This document shows, in pieces, positions 39,186-53,401 of a stretch of 64,000 nt of DNA; within the stretch, counting starts at the first letter, position 1, and each line of letters begins with the position of its first letter. The DNA comes from Phoronis australis. Lineage: Eukaryota; Animalia; Phoronida. A model generated the notes under the pieces. That model was given only the letters and a program-made list of their open reading frames with translations, did not search any database and was not told the DNA's origin. The stretch lies in assembly GCA_002633005.1 (NCBI GenBank), contig NMRA01000263.1, positions 203,389-267,388 of the forward strand, given 5' to 3'. The position numbers were made by a program, and so were the translations under genes.

Positions 39186-40829
39186 AGTAATATCAAAGCA
39201 AACTTGTGACATGCACATCTTATGTCAAGCTGACAACGAAAACCAATGACATCTGTGATACATGCTGTCTACAACCAAGTGAACATAGTATAAGACAACT
39301 TGCCACAGGGGACAATCTGGTCATGGTTGAAACTTACTGTAGAAGCAGACCACACTGACCAAAACCATAAGTTATAACCTTCAGAGGCCAAGGAGACTAA
39401 ATTCAGCTTCAGGGCTAACTCTTACACCACAGCTCAGTTAGGATCATTTACCAAATCACAGTTCAAAGAATGAAACCACCAAACCAGTCTCAAGTAAAAC
39501 TGACAATTATCAGACGTTCAAGCCTAACAAGACATTTTTCTTACCCTGATAATTTGTCGTCAAATGTTACTGACTTCTCATTTTCTTCTATAAATTAGTT
39601 TCTGACTTTTCACTAACACTTGTCAATCTGTGGGGTGGGTAGAAAGTAAAGCTAAGTAGTGGAAGAACCATGATTCCATTCTTGTCTTTATTAGTCTATT
39701 TCATGGGTATGTCTTTCCTTGCATTGTCAACTAATAAAGTTAAAGTGAGCATTAGCAGGTCATGAACCAGTGGCTTGACACTCAGCTAACATAAACTGGG
39801 TGAATCACTAAGACCATGTTGGTCTGGTTTTAATTTGACTACCAGCCTGCTGGAGCAATCCCACTGGGCTAAGCGTGTAATGGAGATTCTGTGTTAGAAT
39901 CCTGTGAAGACAGGATCACTGCATTTTTCGTCTGAGTTGCCATTTCACAGATTACATGGACTGAACAGTGGCATGAACAGGAGTGTGTGTTGCAATGTCT
40001 ATCACCTGTAGCTTACACTTAACCATAACTAGTATTTTAAAGCCTTCTCATTACACGTATCAAAAATAGCGCTATTCCATGTTTCAAGTAAAATTCTGAG
40101 CCATGTTTCTATGCTCAGAACCACGTTGTTTAAAATATTGAGACACATAAATGAAAAGGCATGCATTCTGTCTGCTTGTCAAGATGACGCAAAGTAGTGT
40201 TTTTTATTCTCTTTCTGTAAAAATGACAGACACTAGTCAAAATAATGTAATCGTAGACTTTGTTTCTGTAAATGAGCAAGAAAGATTAGAACACGAAAAC
40301 AGTGAAAATTTGAAGAACACCTTATACCATGTGAGCACTTTGGCTCAGGGGAATCTTGATTGAAATAAATATATGCAAAATTGGACACCGACACTCCTGT
40401 TTCACAAAACACAGGGCAAAAGCAGGTAACGATAGTGAAGAAATCGACTTATTGAGCTGGAAGCCTGAGGAAGCACAACTGTGAAGTTCAGAGAGCTCCT
40501 TCCTCCCAATGAATCACATTTGACAAGATTAAGACCAGGTCGACTTAGAACACAGCTTCTGACATTGGACAAGTATTTGTATAACCAAAATCAATGGTGG
40601 TTCTATTTGAACTTGCCCATTGAAACAGCCAAGTTGGAGGGGCTGATAATAAAAATAAACATTTAGCTGGCCAGAGAATAGTTTTTGTCAGGACTTAGTT
40701 AGAAAGGCCAATACGGGCGACATAACTTTCCCTGTAGTCGAATCTACGACCATTTGTGGAATTAATACTGAGTATTTTTTGAAACACTACAAATTTCAAA
40801 ATACATGAAAACAGTATTATTCACAACAT

Positions 40830-41345
40830 AGAGCTTGGATTCATTTGACCCAATTTCTAATTCTGCGTATAAGACCGGCACAGATGAATGGGGTCAAAAC
40901 GCAAGATCTTTCCTTCAAAGATATTTTGAAACATAAGGATGTTTGAGTGAACCGTTTGAATGTCTCAGCACACAGCAACGGCAACTTGACAGTATGATGG
41001 CAGCGAAGAATTCACAAAAAACCTGGGAAAAATTGCATCGTATTAAATCCATGAAAGAATACAGAATGCTGTCTACCAACTACCCAATCATCATCTAGCG
41101 TTTCTCGAAATCATTTTCACCTTCAAATACTTCCTTCAAAATTGCTAAGAAAATTCCACATGTTGGTTGATACACAGCCTTAAGGTTTTCTTCCTATGTA
41201 CATTTGTTGAGATGTTCAGCCATATTGTCTTTTAAACTGAAGAAGCTAGTCGGAGAATAAATGTAAAATAAAAATCCCACCAGAAGAATGGCAAAACTGA
41301 TTTCATGGGCATTTCTTTGTTCTTGACATTTACACTGAAAATATG
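40830..41345 (+). pseudogene. Possible degenerate Crypton-type tyrosine recombinase N-terminal relic
   Basis: NSAYKTGTDEWGQNARSFLQRYFET*GCLSEPFECLSTQQRQLDSMM...KSMKEYRMLSTNY, then FSPSNTSFK and SAILSFKLKKL..NKNPT across frameshifts; pattern recognition only. Confidence 0.3.
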
Positions 41346-44300
41346 TAGATCCAGATTATGAAAACATTCAAAACCTATTTCTAAACAGGAAAACTAAGCT
41401 ACAACCTAACTAAACTAATTCAACCTTCAGTGAGCATGCACAAACTGATGGCTTACTACTTTATGTCCACATTCACATGAGAGGTGAAAACGCTTACATA
41501 TTTGAGCCAGACAAGAGGAGCTGTCCCCAAAAGGATAATTTTTGCCAGCAGTTAAGTTTCCTTACCACCAGAATTGCTTTTGAGTGAAAATTCATGTCAA
41601 ACCCCANTACTGGTAAAAAGTACTGGCTAAAAGCCTAAGGATTTCGACAGTTTATGTAAGAAATGCCTCTGATATGAAATAGGACACCAAGTGTTTTCAA
41701 AGATGCCAAGACTAGTGGAAAGTAATCCTCAGTCACTTCCAGCCCATTCATGCCAGCTTTCATTATTGTGAGCGTCCTGTCTACAGACAAACATTGCAGG
41801 CACAATGAAACCTGCAAGAACAAAAGTCAATATCCTGTTCTACCCAAATAGACTATATAACCCCACAGGCATTTGTTTGTTTTTCTGAAATAGCAAGGCC
41901 TTGAAACAGGTGCAAGAGACCAGATGGGTGGCATTGGCTGGGAGGGCTTACTACAGGTGAGGCATACCCCCACCCCTCAAAAGAAATACTGGGACCATAA
42001 GCAGTTAACGAGGGGTGGACCTTGAGTTACACAACATGGCTCTCATTTTAGTTTTTTTATATTTTTGAAGACGGCTTTTTGTAATGAGCATGAAGGCAAT
42101 GTTGGGTATCTTGTCGACTGTTATCATGAAAAAATCATAAATGTAAAAAATAAGAACTCGTTTCAACTCAAAATTACATACCACTTGCATAGTTTTGCCT
42201 GTCGGCTCATCACAAAACTGATATCAATATGTAGAACACCAATACATAGCTCGATTTGGTGACATGCATCTTGCCAATGCAACTTCAGATTGTCTTTGGT
42301 GACCTGGCAAACATCCCATGTCACCACAAAGTGTGCGACAGTGAGTATCATAAATGAGACAATAATTCACCTGAAATTCGCTTCAAAACTTGTGGTTTCC
42401 AAACTTCAAATTAAACACATCTTTTCCTATATTCAATGCGTTTGGTTCACAAGCATCCTGTTCATGCCACCCTCAGCAGTCAGGACATATCAAACATACT
42501 GCCCACGGGGAAACTAGGTCGCAAGCTCCTCGCATCGAGAGTGGTATATTGTCGTATCCATAGTTCACTTTTTTCTTACAATAAAGATAATGGCAAGCAT
42601 TTATCGGTAACCAGCTGATATGCAGGCTGATGTGTGCCCAAGGTATGATATCCGTGTGACCTGAATTGTAATAGCCAACAAAGACACAACAAAGGAAAAC
42701 AATGGTAGTGTCCATAGGCGATAACGCCATTTGCATGGATGTTGCAAGTTAAAACAATACCTTGCGACCTTCAGACGATGTCCTATGGCATGGGTCAAGT
42801 TACTACAGGAAGTAAACAGATGGAAGTCGGAATTGCAAAATCATACAAGGTCCGACCATGAAACACGTGCCTCTAGTATTTCCGATCATCTGCGTTCTCT
42901 GTACGTAAAAGGAATTCATTAGATTGAAAAGCCCTCCAAACTGTAGACATGTTGTAATATTGTAATTCATCATATCTGCCCAACAGGCCAATATTATGGA
43001 AATGATTGAACTAAAGGCCCACAGTCGATAATTGGGGACCCGTTTGCGTACACAAAGATTACCACAGTGAGAACTTTCAACAAAAGTTTCCAGCACCAAA
43101 AGAAGACCAGATACAAATAAGCAGGATGTAGACAATTACATACTTCAAACACTTTGTCCTTTAAAAAACAATAAGAGTTATGTAGGAGCTTATGAACACC
43201 ACTGTGTATTTAGTCAAATATCAACTAAGCTACTGGTGTATGACTGTCAAAGTACCGTATGTACATAGTTTTGCTCTTGTTTGGATTGTGTGAACATGTC
43301 TTTACAGTAAAATTTCACAAAATACAAAGTCAAATTGACAGAAAAAAATTATGTACGGTACAAACAAACTGGCCAAATTTTGTTTAATACAAATGTTCAA
43401 GATGAAATATTTATAGCTCTGCAACAATTTCCAAAATTATTTCGTGTTCATTTTATGCAACTTTGACTTCTTTCCCAAGAATGATTTAGGACTTTTTTAT
43501 GGCTCCTCATACATATTCAAAACAGTGCATAAAGCATAGTATACACGAAAGTTTCATACGAAGTCGAACAGCCATTTGTAAGATACGATGTTCCAAGGGT
43601 GGCCAAATTCAGACATTTTTCTAGGCTCCTACGTAACCTTAAAAATTGACCCCCCCCCCCCGTTTCAGAATTCACATATATAGTATGTACTTAAAACACA
43701 GGCTACTCATAGTGGCTGAGTGCCAGACCAGATAAGACAGATATGTAGTGAAAATGTGCTCATGAGCATGTGTGAATCGGATTATCTCTCTCGATATCTC
43801 TCGACAAACTGTCTCGTATCTAGGCGATACCACCATGATGTAGACGCAACACTGTCAGGTGACCTTGATAACGACACTGAGCGAGGTTGGATGCTAACCT
43901 TAGCTAACATAGCTAACTACAAAGGCAAATAAGAAAAACCAACAAACCAGTAGCAGGAACAAACGAGTCATTAGGAAGATGGCCGCTGTACTTTGAATGT
44001 GATTCTACTACACTACTTTCCATGCTTAAATTGTTTTCTTGGCAAATAAATCTGAAATGCACGAGGACACATAAAAGGACGAGAATTTTGTCTTTACTCA
44101 TAACATAGTTTTTGGTACATTGTGTATAGTGCAATGTGTTCAAACTGCGACTCACAACACAACTCCATTCTTCACTAAATTCCGAGAAAATAATTGCAAA
44201 ATTGTCATTTTCCATGTTTAAATCGGTCTTTACTTCGCAAAAACAATTGAAAATAACTAAATACTTGATGAAATCTATACAGAAAAACATGATAAAAATT

Positions 44301-46172
44301 TATTAAAATTCTCTAAATCTTTATTTTTGCCGATAAAATTTGGCAAATTAAAATTTCACCTGTCTGCCATATTGAGTGTATACATCTCACCTCTGCAGGA
44401 ATGCAACTTGCTACAGTGTATGGAATGATCTGTTAGTTTTAAATCCAGAAAATCATGCGCAACACTTTACCTAACAGAGGCAATGTCCTTGTGAGCGTAT
44501 TGTAGTGTGGTCGCTAGTAAGCGTGTCACGTAAAAGCAAGAAGATTAGAAGCCATTTGCAGACAAACCTGGACGATAAGAGCATCTAGCCTTGATGTCCA
44601 AGGACTGCCCAACTGATACCTGAATGATGTATCAGTGCATATGTGATAATACGGCAGTATCACTAACAGACATGTTGGTCAGTTTCACACACACATCCAC
44701 ATCAGTGGTTTCCTCATTGACAGATGTGATCAACATCACAAAGCAGAAAACAAGAAAACAACAGCACTCCACCATCATCAAATATGGCCAGGAATAAAAA
44801 TTTGTTTTCTCTCAACATATATGATAGTATTTCACCGATTTCATACAAAAACAAGTCCCAAAATTATGTACCTTTTGTTGTTTTTCAAGGTCTTCTTCGA
44901 ACATTGTTGAGAATGTAACCAGTTTTTCAAAATATTTCCTGATGGTAGCTATGGTACTTAACTTGAAAGGGCAAAGCATCATTATTTTTGAAGCTACACA
45001 ACTTTGGTGAAAAAATGAGAAAACGAAATTTCATATGTCTGCCATATTGTGTCCTAAATTGATGCCATATTATCTATGGTGACGGTCAATTTGCATAACG
45101 ATAGCTCTTGATGCAAAGACACCAAATTTGTATGTTTAGATTTTTGCTAGTGAGAACCCTCAACTTAATCAGTTATTCAAATAAAAGCAGATGAAATAAA
45201 AAAAACAATAAAATATTTAACCTGTATTTAAATCGACCATTCCGTAGTTATCTGCAGAAATCAATCAATCATTTACTACTCTGACAAACAGTAATGATAA
45301 ATCAGTACTTTTGGAATAGTCAAAAATTAGACTCATGCACGAAATGCTAAGATATTCTCATTACAATTTGATATTGAAAAAACAATGGTATATTCCCACG
45401 ATAGACGACCTAGTTTAATTTAGATTTGGCACAAGCAAAAACCATGTAGAGTGAAGTTAGCCTCTTGCATTCAGAACACAACCATGTAGAGTGAAGTTAG
45501 CCTCATGTATTCAGAACATATCTTTCATAATTTTTATTTTACACTATTCTTCTTACTGCAACTTCTCAAAATTAATTTCTAGTTAAATATTTTAGCCTTT
45601 CTTGAAGCTGGTTGCCTGTGGTCGGGTTTAAATAGACACTACGTCTCCATCTTTAAAACTCTCATTGGGTTCAAATTTGTAGGCATAAGCACCTTAATGT
45701 TTTGCAAATGATCATTTTATCATTCGTACTAAATTACGTTTTATAACAGTAACTTTTTACACCTCAATAAACACCGCTAAGAAGACATGACTTCCGGCTG
45801 CAGCTAAAAGCAGTGCAATAACAACGTTTACCTAAGAAACCATGGTAGTTGAGCCATTTTCCATGAACAAATCTACAACAGACTTGCCAGAAACACTGTG
45901 CTTTATAGTAAGGAGTCAATAACCAATATCGCTGTTAAGTGGGAAGGTAAGCCAAGTTTTGGTGAAGCTTCAGTAAATCTAAGTTCACCTAATGGGAAAG
46001 CGACCTATGAAGTTCCCACTTGAAGGTTCATAGTAAAGGAAAGAGTTGAACATATGTTTGATCTCTAAAAATAGCTCGAATGCAAATATTTTGAACACGC
46101 AACTAAGTTGGATGTTTTCGACTAGAATAGTTTAAACATCGACCAAACAAAGGTCCTATTTCTTCGTATTCT

Positions 46173-46300
46173 AAGCTTCACCTGAGTTCAGACATTAACA
46201 TCAAGCTTCACCTGAGTTCAGACATTAACATCAAGCTTCACCTGAGTTCAGACATTAACATAAAGCCTCAACTGGGTTAAACATTAACATCAAGCTTCAG
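46173..46300. repeat. 30-bp tandem repeat x4 (AAGCTTCACCTGAGTTCAGACATTAACATC)
   Basis: Three near-perfect copies plus one diverged copy. Confidence 0.9.
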
Positions 46301-49300
46301 TCCAAGGACTGAGCATTTACAGGGGAGACGGCTGTCACGGAGCAACTATCATGGAACAGCTGATGGGCGCAAGTGCGTGTGTAAACACGACGGAGCAAGT
46401 TGACTTCGAGGAGGGCATTTTTGACGCCGGTTTAAGAGGTAGAGTGAGTTGCACTGGATCAGTTGCTCCAATGTCAATTACGTGATCTACATGATCTTTC
46501 AATGCGCTTGCATAACAGCGCATATACAGGTGATCCGCTCTGGCATTTCACATGGTTTGGACGTTCGCTTTTGTTCATGCGAGCACGCGCAAACAGTCTT
46601 TGTGTCAATGACTCATGCTGATCCAGTTTGCACTCTAATGTCGTGTCGACTAAAGTGGAGCAAGTCACACCACGACATCTCGCACCCACCATGACACCTG
46701 GTCCTCTGTGAAGAACAGGTTTACAATGATAACTGAGACCATCAAGTGTTTTTAAACAACAGAACACTAAGAATGCCCCCATCTTCAGGAAAATGCCTCC
46801 TGTTTACACAATTTTATTTACTACATGACATAACAGTGTGCGTCACTTCTTTAGAATTGAACCTTCTCATTTTAATCTCTCCTATCAAGAAAGCATGAAT
46901 CATTGAGCCATTGGTTACAGTTTAGGTGCAAGACAGTGTTCCCATATATTTCCAAATAGTGAAGAATAATGAAATGTGAGGGATGCAACTAGGACAACTG
47001 CAGGTGATGGAGGTGACAAGTACCTCCACCAATGAGACAGTGAATGAATTAATGGTCAGTCATGCATGAACAGGACAGTATTATCATCAACTTGGCCACT
47101 GTGACAAGAGTTGAATAGGATGAAATTTGATTTGAGGGGTGCCTTCAAAATGCTTGTGGCTGTGTGCTGAATGTAACATGATCTAACCTCGCCTGTAAGG
47201 GTGAACTATTCCAACTGGTGAAAGGGGAGCCATGTTAGTATAGAGGCTTTGTACACTGCCATCAGTGTGTGCTTAGTTAAGTCAACAATGAAATGAATAG
47301 TAGCCAATGCAGCTCAATACTGCATCAAGGAACAAGTCAAAAAATGGCTAGTTTATCTAATGGCCCCTTGTCAGTTTTACCACTAGTCATAACAGGCTCA
47401 CAACCCCTACGGCATAGCCCAAAATTCAAATTCCCACAAAACTACAGGCCTGCTTTAATTATGTAGACCCAAGAATATGGACAGTACAGATAATGTGACC
47501 ATGCATGGCGAAATCTCACACATATTTGTGTGCTCTTGGGTTTTTGAAAGACTCTTGCATCAACTGTAACACAGCACAATATCAACATCTCTTTTAACTC
47601 AGCCTAGTAACAACAGAATGCTGACTGCACAGACAGTTAATATATTTTTTAAACAAAAAATCGAGCAATGTTGTCAGAATCAGACCACATAGCCAGTCTT
47701 CATTGTTAGTGTTACCACAAACAGGGCTCACAAGGCAAGCCACTAGCACACCCCTTGTACCATTTGTAGACTGGAAATGTTATGTAACATGTAAGTCAAT
47801 AGTACCCAGCTCAAATACCAACCTCTGTCAACTTAGTTTGACTGCAATTTATCCAATCCTCTCACCATCATTGTGCATAGGCATGAGGTAGAGAGATCAG
47901 AGACACAAAGTACTTAGAAGAAACAAGAAATAAACTTCATCAAAGATCACTCCTATGTCAATCGGCTGGTATGTAGTTAGAAGACCAAAGACATTAAATC
48001 AAACATTGCAGCACAGGCAAACATTCTCAAGCAATAGGGTATAAACAGATTTATTACTGTTTTCATTCCTTGCGATTCCAAATTTCAGAGTATTTAGTTG
48101 AATGTCATTACTGGAGGTAATGTCCATTAACCATTGAATTCATTAACCTTTGAACTCGCTCTTAAATCTACCAAGATGATGATGATTGGTGAAATTCAGG
48201 CTATGGGAGTCCTGCCCCTTGTCTTCCTGTTCAAGTACTGTTCCACCCTACATAGACCAACTGTGACAAGTCATTTCCAACAGCGAAATCGGAGATCTAT
48301 TGAATTGTTCAGCTGTTGAAATATGATACCGACGGCACAAATTCCACCCCGTGAGCCAAATTTGAGTCACACAACAGGCAAGGAAAACTTGTGAAAAGAA
48401 AGGTCAAATGTAGCAGTCGTCTTAAACTGGGTATAAACACATCTTCCCCTAACAAAAAAACTACTTTTGATTAAGACCACTTACCTTGGTCTCAAATTGT
48501 TTCTTAGTCATAAAAGATATAATTCAAGGCTTGTACAGAACTCACAGCTCATTATAGCTCGAGACAACACTCAACAAGTTGACTGTCACCCCATGTAATT
48601 TTATGTGCCAAGCATGGTCTTTAGCAATAACTAAGTGTTGGTTTTCTGAAAGACCAAAAGTCATTTCTCTTCTCAGTAAAACACAAGTTGAGAACATTTT
48701 TATGGTGTCAAGTGGTCGGAATCAACAGTAAATTTCTTCGATGGAAGGCCAGCTTACAGTCGCTTCAATTACAGATTTTTGCCAACATTTGATTTGCTTT
48801 AAATTCAAACATGCTTCATTTCAATTCTCACTAGTTCTTGGAGTGTCCACTTGATGTCTTTGGCTGCCGCGAGTATTCCAAGACTCCTTAAAGACAAAGG
48901 AAACCAGAAAGCTTGCTCAGACTAAACTTTCACCAGTATTTCATAAAATCAGCCTAAAGGAAATAATTATTTAGATGACAACTTTGGCTAAGCACAATTT
49001 GATTAACAACAGCCAACAAATGTTTGGAAGATTACGAACTTTGCAATGTCGTCTGAATGGATGACCAATATTTAGAGCAACAGTGATGACATTTCGGTAA
49101 CTTTGGAGATGAAATTCAATTCGTAACACTAAGTCTAAAGATCAGTACTCCACGTCACTGAACTCCTCATTTTCACTCAGGACCGTGATGTAAGTGACAA
49201 CTTGTCCCAGTGATGGCTTATATGTGTGCATGTGCATATGTGTGCATGTGCATGTGTGTGCATGTATGTGTATGCACGGTAATTAAGGATGAAGGGAAGG

Positions 49301-50241
49301 CCACTAAACAGTTATGTGATGATGAGTCAAGTTGGGTAGAATGTGCTATGACTTGTTCCACCTCAGTAGTCATTCAAGAACACGCATCACAAATCTTTGC
49401 TATAACTTGGGTACCTTTTGAATTGGAATTAATTTTAATTTTAAACTATTGTTATGTTAAACGTACACAATTATAACTATTAAAGAAAATCACTATCCTA
49501 AACACAACTTGCATAACGTGCCCAAATGAAAACACAGTCTTCTATGATATGGTACTGTCTGTAGCAATCACTATAATGTAGCGCTGAATAAATTAGGCTA
49601 AACGTTCGTTGGTGATAACACACCCACTGGAAAGTGCTGGTACCCATGCAACCAATAAGTGAGTGAAACAGGCAATAGAGCAAATAGTTTTGCAGTACCT
49701 GTATTAGGTCTTTTATGGTACTCAATTTAAGTGTGCATGTTGTTGCATAAGCTTACCCCATATTGTCATCTGCACACATAACTATGTAACAAGATGCACC
49801 AAGATGGTCCAGTTGTCAAAACTAAATAATGATGTTGGTGATTATAGTAGGGGAACAAATTATACTGATAGTTATCTTTTTCACCAGATTAGCTTGCAGT
49901 GCTGTACCTCGTACATAAACAAGTGGTGGAAGTTAAACGAAAAACCACCACAGCATGATTTCAAAAGTGTGAAAGTAACAATTAGGCCTACAACAAGTAA
50001 TAAAAACGTGAGACAAGAAACTGCCCGGTCTTTCCAAGTTTAAAGCCTCCGAGTCGAGCCGAATGAACACTGACTGTACGCGTTTCCACATCTATAAGTG
50101 AGGCCAGGTCACAACACAGTAACGCGTGTTTACACTAGGAGTCGACGAACTCCAGTTAGAAGTGAAAGCGGGTACGGGTAATTCCTCGAGGAAATATCAC
50201 AGCCTCGGGTTGTAATAACCTGGCAATGAAAAGCCACTTAC

Positions 50242-50341
50242 CTTCTTGTATTCCAAAACCCCCCATTTCTGGAACAGGCCCCATACTAGCCATGCTACTC
50301 ATTAAATCTAAGCCCGATATTCCTGGCTGATCGGAGGCCAT
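50242..50341 (-). CDS. HR96: Probable first coding exon (A/B domain) of the NR1J/HR96 receptor
   Basis: AAA ATG G context; MASDQPGISGLDLMSSMASMGPVPEMGGFGIQE G|gtaagt; its phase-1 donor joins in frame to the phase-1 acceptor at 23810; CpG-enriched surroundings. Confidence 0.75.
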
Positions 50342-53300
50342 TTTCACGACTGATTCTTCAACTTTAGACCTTGCCGCTGATTGACATGAAGCCCCCTTCA
50401 GGCAATAATAAATCGCAAGGCCCCCAACGCTAAAATTCAATACTTGGCAAAAAGTCACTGAAAAGCTCGTCCTCTCCGAGCAGAGGAACTAGGAGTAGAT
50501 CAGTGAAAGAAAATGACGTGAATAACGGATCAGAATCGATATTTGACCTACAGCAAAAAAGAAACATTTGGAAAAACTAGGGTAATGAAATGCTTTTCCT
50601 GTCAGTTTCATACTATCAGAGTCTATTGTCTCATAAGAAATTTTATTAAAGACACAGGTATAAAGAAGAAGCATTAATTATGACATTCTCTGTACTGGAT
50701 TGGACAAGTAAAATTGATTGAAAATAACTTTAAAAGCCGAATTGTCACCCTGAAGGAAGACATGTACATTAGTAACATGCTAGTAATTTATTCACCTAAT
50801 AACCATCTCAACATTCCTGTTGAGCCAGAGTTGGGAATATAGATATATTGTGAATATAGATATATTGTGAATTTTTCTAAACTCCTTTGCACTGCATAAC
50901 TCAAAAAAATACGCAAGGAAACTGACTCACACTATTTGAGTACATCAGTAATGCTGACAAAACACATTTGGAAAAATAAAATTTTTCTTGTAGTAAGATG
51001 AACAGCAGCTTCTTGTTTCTTTTGGCAGGTAATCTATTTCAAAAATTCCATTGTGTAATGATTCAAATTAAAAGAGTGCATAGTAATAATTTTGTATAGT
51101 CATTATCAAGTTGTGAAAATGGGTCTCAGTAGATGTTCCACTTAGAGACTTAAGTCCAAATCAACTACACTCTTTTCACATGTTTTTCAGCATATAATAC
51201 TTTCTTTTCATTTATTTCTTTATTAAGTTATTTTATGTTATTTGTGTACTGGATGATTTATTTAAAGCAGCTTTAAACATGACTTCCTTTGGTTTGGACC
51301 ACTTACCAATAACAAAATGATCTCTAATTGCTCCCAAGTCAAACTAGATATGATTTTCCCTCAAAAGAACTGATAGTTCATTAGTGTTTAAGACTAGACT
51401 CTAGAAATGGTTTCATATTGGCAGAACATGGTCTCAAGGAAGGAATAACCAGCGGTCAGATCTTTGTGAGCCCAGAAATTGCTTCTGTTCCGTGTAAGGA
51501 ACAAGCTAGGGCCATTTTACAGCGGTAAATGATTGAAATCAAACGGTCACCTCTTGGACAGTATCCCAATTCATAAATTATAATTGTTATTGTTGTGACG
51601 GATCATATCATTAGATTTTTGTGTCATCCTTACAGCCGGTATTTTGCTTACCTTTGCATGTATGTTATATATTTTTATATGAGACTTGCCAAATCTATTT
51701 ATCTATCCATCTAGCTACCTCTTGGACTGAATTAGGAAGTTAAAATGTTTTTCAAAAGTTGTCTAGCCCTATAGTTTTGGAAAGCATTTTCATTCGTAAA
51801 TCTCCTGGGTATTTATTCCTTGTGGCAATGGAAAATTGTGATAGCAACTTTGCACCTGGCTAAGTGACTTAGGTTTTGTTTTCTCATAAAGATATCCATT
51901 TGTGAATGTTGATATCAAAAGCTATCTGAACTTTACATTCTTCACTATTGTACTTGCATACATAATGGTCCAGAGGGCTTACTGCATGTTATTCACAATT
52001 AATTACACACAGAGAATGTCAATCATCAATTTAAACACTACTTCATTATGACCATGCTTTTAACACCAACCCTGAACTAGACTTCAGATTAAAATGTCCA
52101 AAAATTGAGTGAAATTAGGTTATGCAAAAACTTAAGCCACACAAAAGTGAGATTTGTGAAAATCTAAATCCTAATTCTGAGAACAAGCAAAACTTGACAC
52201 TACATTTTTCCATGTCTAAAATTAAAAGAGGTTTACCACATCTTAGCGTGTTCTCCAATGACTTATCTACTGGGCCATGTGTGTAACACATGTAGTCGCA
52301 TTATTTTGAGATATTACTAATAATTTGCCACATTTTAGATATCATCAGATATAAGCCACAAAACACCAGGGATCATATGACGGTGGTTCCATCTAGTGTC
52401 CAAGTAAAGAACTAACCAATTCCCTTAACTGCTGAGAAGTCCTAACTTCACACATTGATTTTGGGCATTAAATATTGTATACTTCTGAAAAAACAATAGT
52501 GATCAGAGCCATACAGCTTTTTTGTTTCTAATGACCAAACCTCTTTTACTCACAGTACATAATGTAGCTCAGTCTTGCCCCTAAGTGAAGGTTGAAAAAT
52601 CCTGACACTACCGAATTTCCGAATTACTTTGTCTATCACAATTGTACCACGGACCACGGTCACGTGACTGGCATACTTTCTTCATAATCCTGGACTAAGG
52701 GAAACCTTCCTAGTTTTGGAAGTTATCATTGACGTTACAAAAGCAAATAGACTTCTTCAAGAAATTGCTGAACTTTTTCATCTAACCTTCCACTGATTTT
52801 CAATAAGTATTTCAAAAATTAACTTACATTTATTAACACGTGCTCGCATATTTGGATCTCACAACACTAAGAAAATCTGTCATTGCCATGACAATATTCT
52901 GAGTTGTATCCCCTATTACTAGCACAATGATTCTTCCCCATTTAGCACATTATATGGTAGACAGAATCAATTACAATCTCTTATATTTCTCCTCAACGTA
53001 TAAAGACGATTTTAACCTGTTGTTAGCTTGGTTTGCACTGTGTAGATGTCATTGTAGACTACAGTACATATGATGTCATAAAAAAATATTTAGTACAGCT
53101 CCAATTATTTTCGACAAGTTAATCAGCCTTTGCAAAATGGAAAAAGGCAATTTGAGCAACTATTTTTGAGCGAAATAATTAAATAATTATCGTACATATA
53201 TCCCAAAGAAGTTCTTACATGATGTTGCTGAAAAGAAAGCTGCTAACCCAAATTGTTGCTTTGATTATTTCTTTTGCATTCTCAATTAACATGATTAACA

Positions 53301-53387
53301 AATTTGTCTTGCAATCCAACTACCATGAAAAATTAATTCCACATCAACAGCAAAACCCAGCTGGCCAAATAACACTCAAAACATGTG

Positions 53388-53401
53388 CCACCAGGTGGCG
53401 C
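53388..53401 (+). promoter_or_regulatory. CTCF-consensus motif CCACCAGGTGGCGC
   Basis: Close match to the bilaterian CTCF core CCASYAGRKGGCRS; binding not shown. Confidence 0.45.

Noticed and set aside
42005-43135. Cluster of overlapping 60-110 aa ORFs
   Set aside because: No recognisable domain, both strands open, overlaps a dispersed repeat
44461-44560. Candidate alternative first exon on the - strand (ATGGCTTCT... TAG|gtaaag)
   Set aside because: The ATG frame stops after 9 codons and there is no other support; at most non-coding
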